64,000 nt of DNA. Origin: Saprospiraceae bacterium. Lineage in GTDB: Bacteria > Bacteroidota > Bacteroidia > Chitinophagales > Saprospiraceae. A program made the translations under genes and the position numbers. A model generated the notes under the pieces. The model was not told the origin of the DNA and made no database searches. It was given only the letters and a program-made list of their open reading frames with translations. How positions within the stretch are numbered: position 1 is the first letter of the stretch; the number at the start of each line of letters is the position of its first letter. The stretch lies in NCBI GenBank assembly GCA_965213735.1, contig CBDCAB010000005.1, positions 279,134-343,133 on the forward strand. The letters run 5' to 3'. This document shows, one piece after another, positions 46,601 through 56,500 of the stretch.

Positions 46601-49542
46601 CCTTTTACGCGCTTCAGGGTAGCTACCGTGCAGAGATAAATAATTTCGACGCGACAGGCACAGCGGCCGAGTGGAAAAAATCTGAGCAAGCTTGGATTTT
46701 GATGCGTTGGATTCAGCAATGGTTGATGGCCCGCAAAGTCACAGCTTTCGCCAAAACCCCACCTCAAGACCTGGGGCACGATCTCGATCGCTTAGCAGAA
46801 ATTCAAGCCCAGCGCCAGCACCTCAGCGAAGCGCAAAGCAGCACGCTCACCCTCGAACGTGAGGCTATTGATGCAGCAAAACAACGTGCAGAATTCGCCG
46901 CAACGCTTAATCAATTTGTCGACCAAGGCCATGCCCAAACCCTCGGTCTCACCACAAGTAAATTAGCTGCCGTCCTCGATGAGCTGGCAGAAGACACCCC
47001 TCCCGCACGCGCACTCCTTGCAGCTGCTGACGCATTTACCACCGCCTCATCGCGCTCCCTCACGAGTGCTCGTGCTTACACAGCTGCACGCGATGGGCAA
47101 GCTACTCCTTCAGCGCCTGCCGTTCCCTTAGCACAACTCGCCGAACAGGCAGAGGCCATGCTCCGCCACCAGCGCGATTGGCGTCCACAAGGCCTTTTTG
47201 CTGAAGCACGACAACGAGCCGAACAGCATGAACTCAGCTATTTTACCCGCCATGCAGATAATGGCCTCGCCTTGGGCACAGCGCCAGCACTCGAAGGATT
47301 TGAAGTGGGTGTGAGACGGGTTTTAGCGAAAGCTGCAACCAATAACAATCCCGAATTACGAGAATTTAGCGGCACTGCATTTGAAGATTTAATTGCGCGC
47401 TTTGAGCAACTCGATAATGCTTATTTAGATGCAGCCACCCTCGAATTGCGCCAGCGCCTCCAGCAGCGCAGACAAAACGTTTACCGCACAGAATTTCGCT
47501 CGGCATTAGGCCTGCTCAACCAGGAGCTGCAGAAAAAACGCCGCCAGCTGCCAGTGCGACAACTCATTAAGCAACTCGGAGGACTACTGCCCGAACTCAC
47601 CCCTTGTTTGCTGATGTCACCGCTCTCGATTGCGCAATATCTGCCCGCAGATGCCGAGCAGGCACGCTTTGATGTCGTAGTCTTCGATGAAGCATCGCAA
47701 ATCCCAACCTGGGATGCCATCGGCGCTATTGCTCGCGGCAAACAAGTGGTGGTAGTGGGTGACTCGAAGCAACTTCCGCCAACCTCCTTTTTTGGCGCAT
47801 CAAGTGGCGATGAAGATCGTAGCTACGACGGGGATGAGCCTGTAGTCGAAGATCTCGAAAGCATTCTCGATGAACTCAAAGCCGCCCAACTCCGCTCGTG
47901 GCGCCTCCGCTGGCACTACCGCAGCAGGGCCGAAAGTCTCATCGCTTTTAGCAACCGCACCTACTACAATGGCGACCTCAATACTTTCCCTGCACCTGTA
48001 GCAGAAGATCGTGCTGTGGCGTGGCACAAGGTAGATAGCCGTGACTATCGACAAGGGCGCAACCGAGTAGAAGCAGATCAACTAGTCGCCTATCTCGTAG
48101 AGCGCTTACGCAAAACTAGTCCCAACCAACTCACCTTTGGCGTCGTGACCTTCGGGCAGGCACAACAAACGGTAATCGAAGATATGCTGGAAACTGCGCG
48201 GCAGGAATATCCAGCTATAGAACCGCACTTTAATCCCGATCTTGATGAGCGATTATTTGTAAAGAATATTGAAAATGTGCAAGGTGATGAACGCGACGTA
48301 ATATTATTTTCAATTACCTACGGGCCTGATGAGTCAGGTAAAGTAGCAATGCGTTTTGGCCCCATGAATCAAGCAGGTGGGGAACGTCGACTCAACGTGG
48401 CGGTAACCCGAGCGCGCCGAGAAATGCACCTATTCTCGAGCATGCAGCCTGAAGATATCGACCTTCGACGACTTGGAGAAAATGCTCAAGGTGCACGCGA
48501 TTTGCGCTACTTCTTGGAGTTTGCCAAACGAGGACCGGCTGCCTTCGCCGAAAGAATAGAGGCCGTGGGTGGTGCGCAGGATTATGATTCTCCTTTTGAG
48601 CGGGCTGTTGCTGATGCGCTGCGGGCACGCGGGTATGAGACCGATCCGCAGGTGGGGGTAAGTGGCTACCGCATCGATTTAGGGGTGCGCGACCCTCGAC
48701 GTCCGGGACATTATTTGGCAGGTGTAGAGTGCGATGGCGCCACTTACCATGCTACCGCCACTGCTCGCGAACGTGACCTGCTACGGCAGTCAGTACTTGA
48801 AGGTCTCGGCTGGACGATTTTGCGCATCTGGAGTTTGGACTGGTGGCACGATGCCGAGCGCGTCGCCGACAACATGGCCAACAAGCTACAGCGGATCGCA
48901 GCTGGCGAGGTAGAGCAGCCTGATGCAGAGCAAAGCCCTCCAGCTGCCGGTGCCGCGCAGGAGGAGCTAGAAGTGCAGGTAGATGAGACAAAACCCTACG
49001 TGAAGATTGGGTCTGAAGACTTAGCTGATTTGCGTCAACGCGCTGCCGATGCAGTCCCCGCAGACCATACTGCAGAAGCACTGTACCATCCCAAGTCGAA
49101 GTCCGCGACGGTAGCTATGCTGACGCGCATAGTAGCTGCCGAAGCTCCGATTTTGCGCAAGGAGTTGGTGCGTCGTGTGGCTACAGATGGTTACCTCTTT
49201 GGCCGCACCGGTGCCAAGATTCGCAAGCTCATTACCAACCTCATCGAGCAGGAAACCTACTCCAGGGGTGTGCACGGGGAGGTGGTGGTTTGGCGAGATG
49301 CGCAGCAGGCTAAAGAGCCAGTCGAGTTTCGCCCTCCCGCTGCAGGCGATCCTTCTCCGCGTGGAGTAGCCGACATTCCGCTCGTCGAACTGGTAGCCCT
49401 TGCTCGCACCTACATCACCCAAAATTTGGATGAAGATCAACTCATCCGGGCTATGGGGGCCGACATTGGAGTAAGTAGCGTCAGAGGCAGTTCGCGCAAG
49501 CGGGTGTTGCAGGCTATCGAGGTGGCTTGGGCTGGGGGGTAG
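43681..49542 (+). CDS. 1953-aa multidomain protein with a transglutaminase-like core, DUF4011-like region, Upf1-like SF1 helicase (AAA_11/AAA_12), DUF559-like endonuclease and DUF3320-like tail
   Basis: - Transglutaminase-like core: GIANCLDLSCLAAAALEQAGLHP...ERHAYIACW...VIDD gives a Cys-His-Asp pattern, with the Cys codon at 44338-44340.
- DUF4011-like region: WKAKLLNLTRRNRLLNY.
- Helicase: Walker A GPPGTGKSQT (45799-45822), VVFDEASQI (about 47686-47700), VVVGDSKQLPPT and NVAVTRARREM.
- DUF559-like endonuclease: GYRIDLGV...GVECDGATYH...LGWTILRIWS. Confidence 0.8.
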   Translation: MLNINLKATPYLNLPLRNNHVPPIRHLQIQADLAMDPEALQRTYTVKLACIPAAIQSNVWQHVKLDASGQATLPLNELILDYDFLANLTEAIPGEVIVEVLTSDQQLILKTASDKLRILPPNHWGGSATVPELLAAHVLPNDPATASILHRAATLLAERNLDLSEYQTEEPSKAAAQVVAILTAIRERNLLYASVPGSFERFGQKVRTPSEITSEGIANCLDLSCLAAAALEQAGLHPIIILIERHAYIACWLQRSPHTTGVIDDPQALRKALASHLLLACEATALVGAHANVNEAIDQGAKRLLNPADFNVAIDLHAARIGERITPLNQARHKDAKGDTTDTDTAAEHKSPQLDLSAIANIGDGAIDYDKKEEAILTGSARLDQWKAKLLNLTRRNRLLNYRLTGGAIHLRYVDPATVEDYLATGKQMRFDVVDEQRAQRGQLGRKLEDDHYAEAIQQAVSGGKLLVIGTPEKLNTNLLKLDRAARIALEEGGANTLFVAIGFAVKPKPGHTAEFRPDAPSSERPDYAAPLILLPVNLNRRSAGSAYTLTLRDEEAMLNPTLLEFLKREAGVNLAEYAHELPTDESGLDVNHILNRVRQELLNVAGWEVVDEVALGLFSFSKYLMWRDLDAFESELRRNPVVAHLIDTPREAYFNPLATDNQTFPDATSLDDTFPVTDMLTPMSADSSQLAAVRAAAQGIDFILEGPPGTGKSQTITNLIAQLLGEGKRVLFVSEKTAALDVVQRRLDSIGLGEFCLELHANNATKTAVYDQLRQALNSEASPTSPFAQTATELQHTRSRLNAMVALIHRPDHSGLSVYQTTAYCAPRTTMQVPEPSPAAVAHMDAAWLTEAREQVRMMALYLADVAAEARSVLAPLQVSVDAPAFAKTCRTMIADAATFAAAKTSFAEALKFESNNELNTNEESIEALSQLAQLLQRAEHHDYTDLAEMVDSGRTRRSIATETEATFALASAFYALQGSYRAEINNFDATGTAAEWKKSEQAWILMRWIQQWLMARKVTAFAKTPPQDLGHDLDRLAEIQAQRQHLSEAQSSTLTLEREAIDAAKQRAEFAATLNQFVDQGHAQTLGLTTSKLAAVLDELAEDTPPARALLAAADAFTTASSRSLTSARAYTAARDGQATPSAPAVPLAQLAEQAEAMLRHQRDWRPQGLFAEARQRAEQHELSYFTRHADNGLALGTAPALEGFEVGVRRVLAKAATNNNPELREFSGTAFEDLIARFEQLDNAYLDAATLELRQRLQQRRQNVYRTEFRSALGLLNQELQKKRRQLPVRQLIKQLGGLLPELTPCLLMSPLSIAQYLPADAEQARFDVVVFDEASQIPTWDAIGAIARGKQVVVVGDSKQLPPTSFFGASSGDEDRSYDGDEPVVEDLESILDELKAAQLRSWRLRWHYRSRAESLIAFSNRTYYNGDLNTFPAPVAEDRAVAWHKVDSRDYRQGRNRVEADQLVAYLVERLRKTSPNQLTFGVVTFGQAQQTVIEDMLETARQEYPAIEPHFNPDLDERLFVKNIENVQGDERDVILFSITYGPDESGKVAMRFGPMNQAGGERRLNVAVTRARREMHLFSSMQPEDIDLRRLGENAQGARDLRYFLEFAKRGPAAFAERIEAVGGAQDYDSPFERAVADALRARGYETDPQVGVSGYRIDLGVRDPRRPGHYLAGVECDGATYHATATARERDLLRQSVLEGLGWTILRIWSLDWWHDAERVADNMANKLQRIAAGEVEQPDAEQSPPAAGAAQEELEVQVDETKPYVKIGSEDLADLRQRAADAVPADHTAEALYHPKSKSATVAMLTRIVAAEAPILRKELVRRVATDGYLFGRTGAKIRKLITNLIEQETYSRGVHGEVVVWRDAQQAKEPVEFRPPAAGDPSPRGVADIPLVELVALARTYITQNLDEDQLIRAMGADIGVSSVRGSSRKRVLQAIEVAWAGG

Positions 49543-49571
49543 AGCTGACTTTGGCTAGTGTAGACAGTCCA

Positions 49572-49602
49572 CCGCACCCATCAGCCGTGCCTTCGGGTGT
49601 GG
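49572..49602 (+). terminator. Possible terminator hairpin after the helicase gene
   Basis: CCGCACCC / GGGTGTGG 8-bp stem (one G-T pair) with a 15-nt loop, followed by TTTAGCAATGTTTAG. The T-tract is weak. Confidence 0.3.
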
Positions 49603-49828
49603 TTTAGCAATGTTTAGCAAACTTTCCCTTACAGGTCCAACCATGCAGGAGAAGTGGCGGATGGTGTGTGAGTAGCTGGCAAGTCTACCACGTAATAGAA
49701 GGCTATTTGGTTACGATAGCACCAGTGGACTTGCCTCTGACAGCTATAAGAGCGCCATCAGCTGCAATTGAGAGGAGATGCGGGCGGAAAATGATTCCTG
49801 GCTTCATCCTTCTCCCACACCACTCAGC

Positions 49829-50540
49829 GTAGATACTCCGTACTGGGCGGTTCCCTTAACCTGCTATGCGATATTCGCTCGCATACGGTTCAGGCCGATT
49901 CGCCTAAACCACACGTTATCCATCGACATGTGGGCTGGAGGGCTGCTCCCTTTTGTGCCCACCCTGGACGTGAAACCGTCCTACCCAACTCTGTCCGCTC
50001 CCCGGATATGCCAGCTCGCTTCGATTTAGGGCCACCCACCACGCTTTCAGTCGCGCCAAACGGCAACTCCGTCTGCTGTGGCTGTGCCGAGTGCGGCACC
50101 GGGCGTTTTCCTGGACCCTTGTTCGCGTTGTCCTCAGTGTGGAGCACCGGCTGCTCCTTGAGATGAAGGTTCGGCCCTTTGCTTTAGGCAATCAATACCT
50201 CGCTACTAAGGCCTCGGCTGAACTCTCCCTCCCTCTCGGCTTATGCCGCAACACGGCGACTTTACGGGAGAACTCCCACGGTAAGTTCTATATCCTCCTC
50301 AATATCCAGCGTGATTTACCACCCGCCCGTTACGGCTGACTTTGTGGTTTCGCGGTTCACGGCCCGCTTACCCAGACGGTAGTGCTTACATCAAGTTTCT
50401 GTTCGTCTGGATGTAAATTTTTTCACAGTGCCTTCAGAATCCGCTTCACAGGCTACACCCTTGTGCTTCACTAACGATTCCTCGTCGACTAGGCTCGTTC
50501 GGGACTCTAACCCTAAAGACATAGAACATGCATGGCATAC
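49829..50540 (-). mobile_element. ORF-less group II intron-like RNA inserted just after a terminator hairpin (class C-like placement)
   Basis: All features are read on the minus strand.
- The element starts GUAUGCCAUG 7 nt after the adhesin terminator stem.
- UAGGGUUAGAGUCCCGAAC (50515-50497) sits at intron nt 26-44. It closely matches my recollection of domain I of the Oceanobacillus iheyensis IIC intron (UAGGGUGAGAGUCCCGAAC at the same offset).
- GCACAAGGGUGU and GGAUUCUGAAGG are also similar to that intron.
- 5' UAUGCCA (50539-50533) pairs with UGGCAUA (50013-50007), followed by CCGGGGAG, which would close domain I.
- A domain V-like hairpin GAACCGUAUGCGA...UCGCAUA...GGUU lies at 49891-49858.
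- No ORF longer than 91 aa is present on either strand.
- The 3' boundary is approximate. Confidence 0.6.
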
Positions 50541-50547
50541 TAAAATG

Positions 50548-50574
50548 CCCCTCTCCATATAGAATGAAGAGGGG
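50548..50574 (-). terminator. Terminator hairpin of the giant T9SS adhesin gene
   Basis: On the minus strand, CCCCTCT-13 nt-AGAGGGG is followed by CAUUUUA. The hairpin starts 22 nt after the stop codon. Confidence 0.7.
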
Positions 50575-50596
50575 CTGATGAGGTTAAAAAGTGTCG

Positions 50597-53500
50597 CTAG
50601 AGCTTCACAAAGCGCGTGAGCACTGATCGTCCGTGGTCGGTAGTGGTTTTCACGGAGTACAATCCACTCGGCAAAGCGTCTACATGTATGGTCGCTCTAT
50701 TTGAGGCGGTCGCACCCAGTTCGACGTGAAACTGCTGTCCACTAAGTGTGTGGACTGAAATGTCGGACCAAGCAATTCGTTCAGTTCGAGCCAAACCATG
50801 TATCGTAACGCTAACGGCATCTGTTGCCGGATTCGGCGTCAACGTCACTGTTAGTGCGTCACGCATGGCATCATCTTGGGTCGCTCGTGCCCGCTTAGAC
50901 CGCTGTTCGAGTTCGCCTGATGCGCACTCATCCAGATGCACAGGGAGGAAATAATCCTGCTCAGACCTCAGATAGCCCCACTCGCCTTCGCCATATTCAG
51001 GAAAAGTATACAGGTCAGACTCACGATCCACTTCAGGATTGCCGAAGTGCATGAGGAAGTGATGGTTTCCAAGTGGTATGCGAGCATAGCTCACAAAACC
51101 TCCCTCGATGTACTGTAGCTCCTCTTGTAGCTCACCGCCATAAACTGCGACGAGGTGATCCTGAAATTCGAGTTCCTGATCGAAATAGTGTTCGATGCTG
51201 TAGTAACTGTACACTTCATCGCTTCCTTCACAGTAGACGTAAGTTTCGCCTGGGTGCGGGTTGGTGATGAAATTATTGCACTCTTCAGCCAAGTCGACAC
51301 ACAGCGAGGACGAGCAGAGGGTGTTATTACCATCAGCATCTAGACACTTTATGTCGAATCGGAAGCAAGCCTCGCGATGATCGGTGTAGCGGGTGTAGTC
51401 GAATTGCATGTCACCGACCTCAATGACGGTGCCATTCTTAGTGTAGTTGAGATTCCACTGTGGTCCCCCCGCCGCAAAGTTTGAAAGCACGCCTGTTTCT
51501 GTCCACATTTGCACTTGATGTATACTATCACAGCCCAACGGTAGCTGCAATTCAACGCCTTTCAGATGGATCGTTACGGGATTATTAGTGCAAAGGGCGG
51601 AGGTAGCATCAACATCGTAGGTCACTTCACCACCACACGAAACGTTTCCACATTCTCCCTCCAATCCTTTCGGCCCGGATCCTAAACAGGCAGTGGTTTC
51701 GTAGCAAACGATGTCGCTTCCACTGTTACAGAAGCTAAGCGTCATGCAAGCCTCAGAGGGATTAATACTATCCTGAACAGCAACAAGAACTTCCACGTTG
51801 TAGGAGTCTCCGCCTTCCAGCGTAATTATCGGGTCGGTAATAAAGTCAGCATTAGAAATCCTAACTGGGTTATTACCACACAATTCTGCGTCTCCTGGTT
51901 CTGGATTCGTGGTATGGAAGTTCAGGTAGAAGTATTGCATGTCCGGATTTTCACCGTAGCGACACACGGTATTTTCGGCGATGAGGATTGGGCCGGTGCA
52001 GGATGCTGGCACACACTCTACGCAGAAACCTTCGACATTGATTTCGCATGACTCTCCCGACGGCAAGGCGTACTCCACCATCAGTGAGTACTCCCCATTG
52101 CCACAGTTGAGGTAGTCTACCCAGTCTTCGACACGAGAATTTGTACCTGAAGGCGGATTGCAACCAGCTGGCGTAGTCCCTGATGATGAGATGAACTGCC
52201 ATGACCAACTGCTAAATTGACTAAATGTACCTGCACTAAGCACGCTGGGTAGATTCTCACAGTCAAGGATACAGCCTGTGAGGATGTTTGGCAGAGTCAG
52301 GCCTGGAACAAATACGCCATTAGAAGGATCTGACGAACATTCTTGGACATTTGAAGCCCTCGCCGTGACGAATGAAGCAGCTGTTGAAGCGGGCACCAAA
52401 AATTGTGACGAACCCCGTAAAGCCAATGTTCCACTTAAATACCAGTCAACCTCAGCCCCATTTAAGGTCAGAAATAAAACTTGCGAAGGGTCACATTCCA
52501 AAATTGACGTGATAACAGGAGGCTCAGGCACCTCCAACACTGCAAACTCCTCAGTCGATTCTTGGCATACAAAGGTGCCGTCTAGCACGACGACGGAAAG
52601 TCGATTCGCAGCTCCACTCACATTTAGCAAGCTGCTCACAGCAGGATCAGTCAAATCCAATGTCCGCAGTATGGTTTGGGTAGGCTGTAACTGGTTATCA
52701 ATTACAGTACCGTTGAGCACTAGCTGGTAGGTAAATGCCGTACTTGCTGGGGCTAGCACTGTATACGTAACCACCTCATTAGCGCAGTACTGAGCTTCAG
52801 GTACATTGAGGGGTAGCAGCAACGCTGGGTCTACGTCCACCGATTGGCTAACTTCAAACTGACATCCCGCTGCGTCCTCCACATGTAGCTGCACAAAGGC
52901 ATCTGTACCCAAGATGATCTGCGGGGTGTTGCTCGGACCTGGCTGCCAAGTGTATGTGTAAGGTGCCGTACCGGGCTCTTGAGGGTCTGGTATAAACTCA
53001 ACGAGTGCCTGTGAGTTGCATGCGTTTGGCGTCGCTACAAGGTCTCCCTCAAACTCGGAAGATGTAACGGTAATTACTTGCTCTGTAGATACCCGGCACC
53101 CGAGCGAATTCATCGCAGTTAGGGTCACTGTGTACGTCCCTGGCATCGCGAACTCTTTAATTGGTTCGGCAAGCATGCTCGAAGAATTATCGCCAAAGTC
53201 CCAGTGGTATGTACTTGAAGGATCAACGTTCCCTACCAGTTCGAATAGGAACGGGGTGTTTTCGCAGATCGTAGGGTTCATCTGATTGACACTAAATTCA
53301 GCAGTTGCCCGCGCTGGTAGTATTAGTGATTCACAATATTCCACCTGATACGGCTCACCAGGAGTGACGTCCGGATGCATAAAAGTGGCCTGTGGCGACA
53401 TGCAGATTTGGACCTCTGTGGCAACAGCGGGCTGGTTGATTGCAAATACTTCCGTGTTATCGCCACCGCTCGCTAGCACCGCACCCGATGCGGCCAGTCG

Positions 53501-56500
53501 GACCTCCCAATTGTAATCACCCTGAGCGATTTGATTTTCGAACACAACCTCAGTAAGATCTTCAACCCGTAAGAGATACTCACCCTCTTGGCTGCCTTCT
53601 CCGCACTCGAGCGCGTAATCCATGTGAGGGATGTAGGGGATCTCTACCAGTTTGGTCGTTTCTCCACAGATGTAATCTCCCAGGTATGTCCCTTCGGCAA
53701 AGAAGTACAGTTCGTAAACTCCTGGATTAGTGAAGGTGCTGAAGGTGATGAACTCGTTAGTAAAATCTGCTATCTCCCCTCTTGTAAAACCTTCTTCCAG
53801 ATTCACAGTTGACACACGGGTACCAAAAGTAGCACCTGAGAGTATTATGGCAGGATCGTTTCGAGGATCAAAAAACGTACATACGCCTGTCTTGACAGAG
53901 TCCTTCGTCTCCACGTACGCCTCTATCACGCCTGGCGGCTTAGAGTTAACTCCGATAGGCCCTGGGTTGACGACGGTGATCTCGGGGCAAAGTCCTTCAC
54001 AACCACTAGATGCGCAGTCATAGTCGAGCGGAACGAGTATGTCACGCGAACAGGTGAACTCCTCTCCATCAATTGTATAGGTGCGAGTCAATGTAAGGAC
54101 GTAACCACACTCGGCATCCGGGTCGATATGGTCGGTGAGCGAACTCAAATTGTCGCCTGCACCGATTAAGGTTGAAGTAGTTGAATCGCCATCGGGACAA
54201 ACCCGAAACCACTCATAGTATCCTTCGGAGGCTGATGAGGATTGGGATGCGTAGAAGGTGACGTCAACAGGGAGCGCCACATCGCGATCGCACCGCTCAC
54301 CATGGTAGACCGTCGAAATCTCAATTCCAGGATTATAGAGGTACTGGATGGAACCATAGACCACCTCTTCTAGCAGGCAATCTGCGTACTGAATCGTCGC
54401 AACCACATTGGCAGGGCCGAAGCTTGGCAATGGCTGCGTGGGTAGTGGCGCAAAATCCCAGGTAAGGCCAGGTCCGTTATGGGTGAACACTTGCCCCGCC
54501 TGATCAGTGAGCACCCAATCGATGTTGCTCACGTCGAGCGTTGAATTTGGAGTTACTGTAAATAAAGCTTGGTCGTTTGTACATGTAGCTACAGGGAATA
54601 CTTCCAAACTTGCCTCACCAACCGTCTCAAAAATGATTGGCTCGGTGGTCACTGAGAAGGGTTCTCCGCAGATCTCGTAATCCACGGTAACAGTGATGGG
54701 TTGGGTGAAATCCTCTATTAGATGAAATCGAATGCCAGCTTCTGCTGTGCCTTGACCATCTACCACGCTCCCCGCCTGATGAGGAGTGACTGTCCATTGA
54801 TAGTCCGTCCCAGTCTCACATGGAGTCATCGTAGGACCACACGAAAGTATGAACACAGCGGGAGTTTCGCTATCGAGGCAAAGGCCATTGTCGTGTTCGA
54901 TGCTGCCTGCCTGTACATCAAGCTCTGTGATGTCGACGATAAGTGGTGCACTCTCGCAGCCCGCGTCAACACGACGCACCTCAAGTTGGTAGGGTGGAGA
55001 ATTACCCCACTCTACATTTACTTGAGCACCAGTTGCTGTAGTAGTACCGGAACTTACAAAGGTGCCTCCCGTTACCTCCCAGGTATAGGAGCTTGTAATT
55101 GGTTCGACAACATAGGTTGATACAGTATTGGGGCACACTTCCACTGGCCCATCTATATCCGTCGGCGCATCCGTCCGATTGACTAGGATCTGAAAGTCAT
55201 CTTCACAAGTTTGAAGAGTGGTAACATCACCTGTCGTAGGATCTGTATATGTATAGTCAGATATCTCGAGGGTCAGCAGACCTGCTTGAGTTGCGGGTAT
55301 CGTTATGGGTGACTGGTCATTAAAGTTGAGCGTGCCCGTAGCATTGCCAAGCTGATATGTTGCCGTATAATCAGCTGCAGATGAGCCGGAGTAAGTTATG
55401 CTTATTTCATCTCCTACACAGATAGGAGCGTCAGAAACCATAAACCGAGGTATTCTATTGACCTCCACGCTTCCTGTGGATTCACAACCGCCTAATGGAT
55501 AGGTTATTATCACGCCGATTGTTCCCGTGACGCTTTGGGCACCAAAGTTAAAGCGGGCGCCTGCTAAGTGGTTTGTACTGGTGTAGGAGGGTGATATGTC
55601 GCTATAGCTCCACTGGTAAATCGCCCCTGGGATAGCGTGAGTTATCGCGGATGTTGATTGAAAGTCATCTATGCAGGTAGGATCTACATTTATCTCCGCG
55701 GTAGAGCCTATAATTGGAACCTCAATTACAGTTGGTTGAATACAACCCGTGCAACCAGCTGGAGGTGTAAGAATTAGCTGGCCAGTGGTGGTCATGTCAA
55801 CATCGTCCCACGTGACCGTAATCTCATCTCCAGTGGTGCTACTTACCATACCATTAATTGCCGACCAAGTGACATCTGGGCATATTGCCCCAGCACCATT
55901 GTCTAAATCGAGATTGTAGGTTAATGTGGAGTCCGCGCAGGCTACCTCCTGACAGAGCACCTCATACCTCGGACCTTCTTCGACCACGACAGTAGCCATA
56001 TCGACGACTTGTTCACATAGGCAAGGCGTCCGCACGAGCAACTCGATTGTGTGCTGGCCAGCGACTGTAAATTCATAGTCCAACACATTTCCGATTATTG
56101 TGACCCCGTTGACGCTCCAAACTAGTGTATTGTCATCTATAGGGAGATCGACTCCAAAGCTAAGAGATTCGTTGCGACATATTTGGATCGTCTGATCGGC
56201 ATCGTACACGCTGTTGGTGATGTTGTAGTTGGGTACATCCTCAATAAATCCAGTGTAGATGTATTCGTCGCTACAACCGGCTGCGGTCGTGACCGTAGCG
56301 CGAACAGTAAACGCCCCTAAACCGGTGTACAAGCCAGTCACGCTTTGCCCAGTTGTTGCGGATAGAGTAATTGGTCCAGTGGTTGACCAGACAACGTCGC
56401 CATCCGGACTAGCGGTAAAGACATCCGATTGATCTGGAAAGCAATGTACCAACCCGGAGCTTCCGCCGCTAGTTTCAGGGCAGTCATAGCCTGTTTCTGA

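Noticed and set aside
49858-49891. Reading the hairpin as a canonical, catalytically intact group II domain V
   Set aside because: The 5' strand (GAACCGUAUGCGA) is close to the consensus. However, the triad is AAC, the loop is 7 nt rather than GNRA, and the bulge is displaced.

I keep it only as DV-like. I do not claim that the intron is functional.
49778-50339. Several 78-91-aa ORFs on both strands in the 1-kb spacer (49778-50029, 49890-50147, 49916-50191, 49930-50166, 50091-50339)
   Set aside because: They overlap each other on both strands and have low-complexity, Arg/Ser/Pro-rich compositions. They lie inside the region better explained as a structured group II intron-like RNA.
50571-50596. 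GGGGCTGATG resembling the 5' end of tmRNA
   Set aside because: It is one arm of the adhesin terminator hairpin and runs straight into the adhesin coding region. No tRNA-like 3' end or tag reading frame follows.
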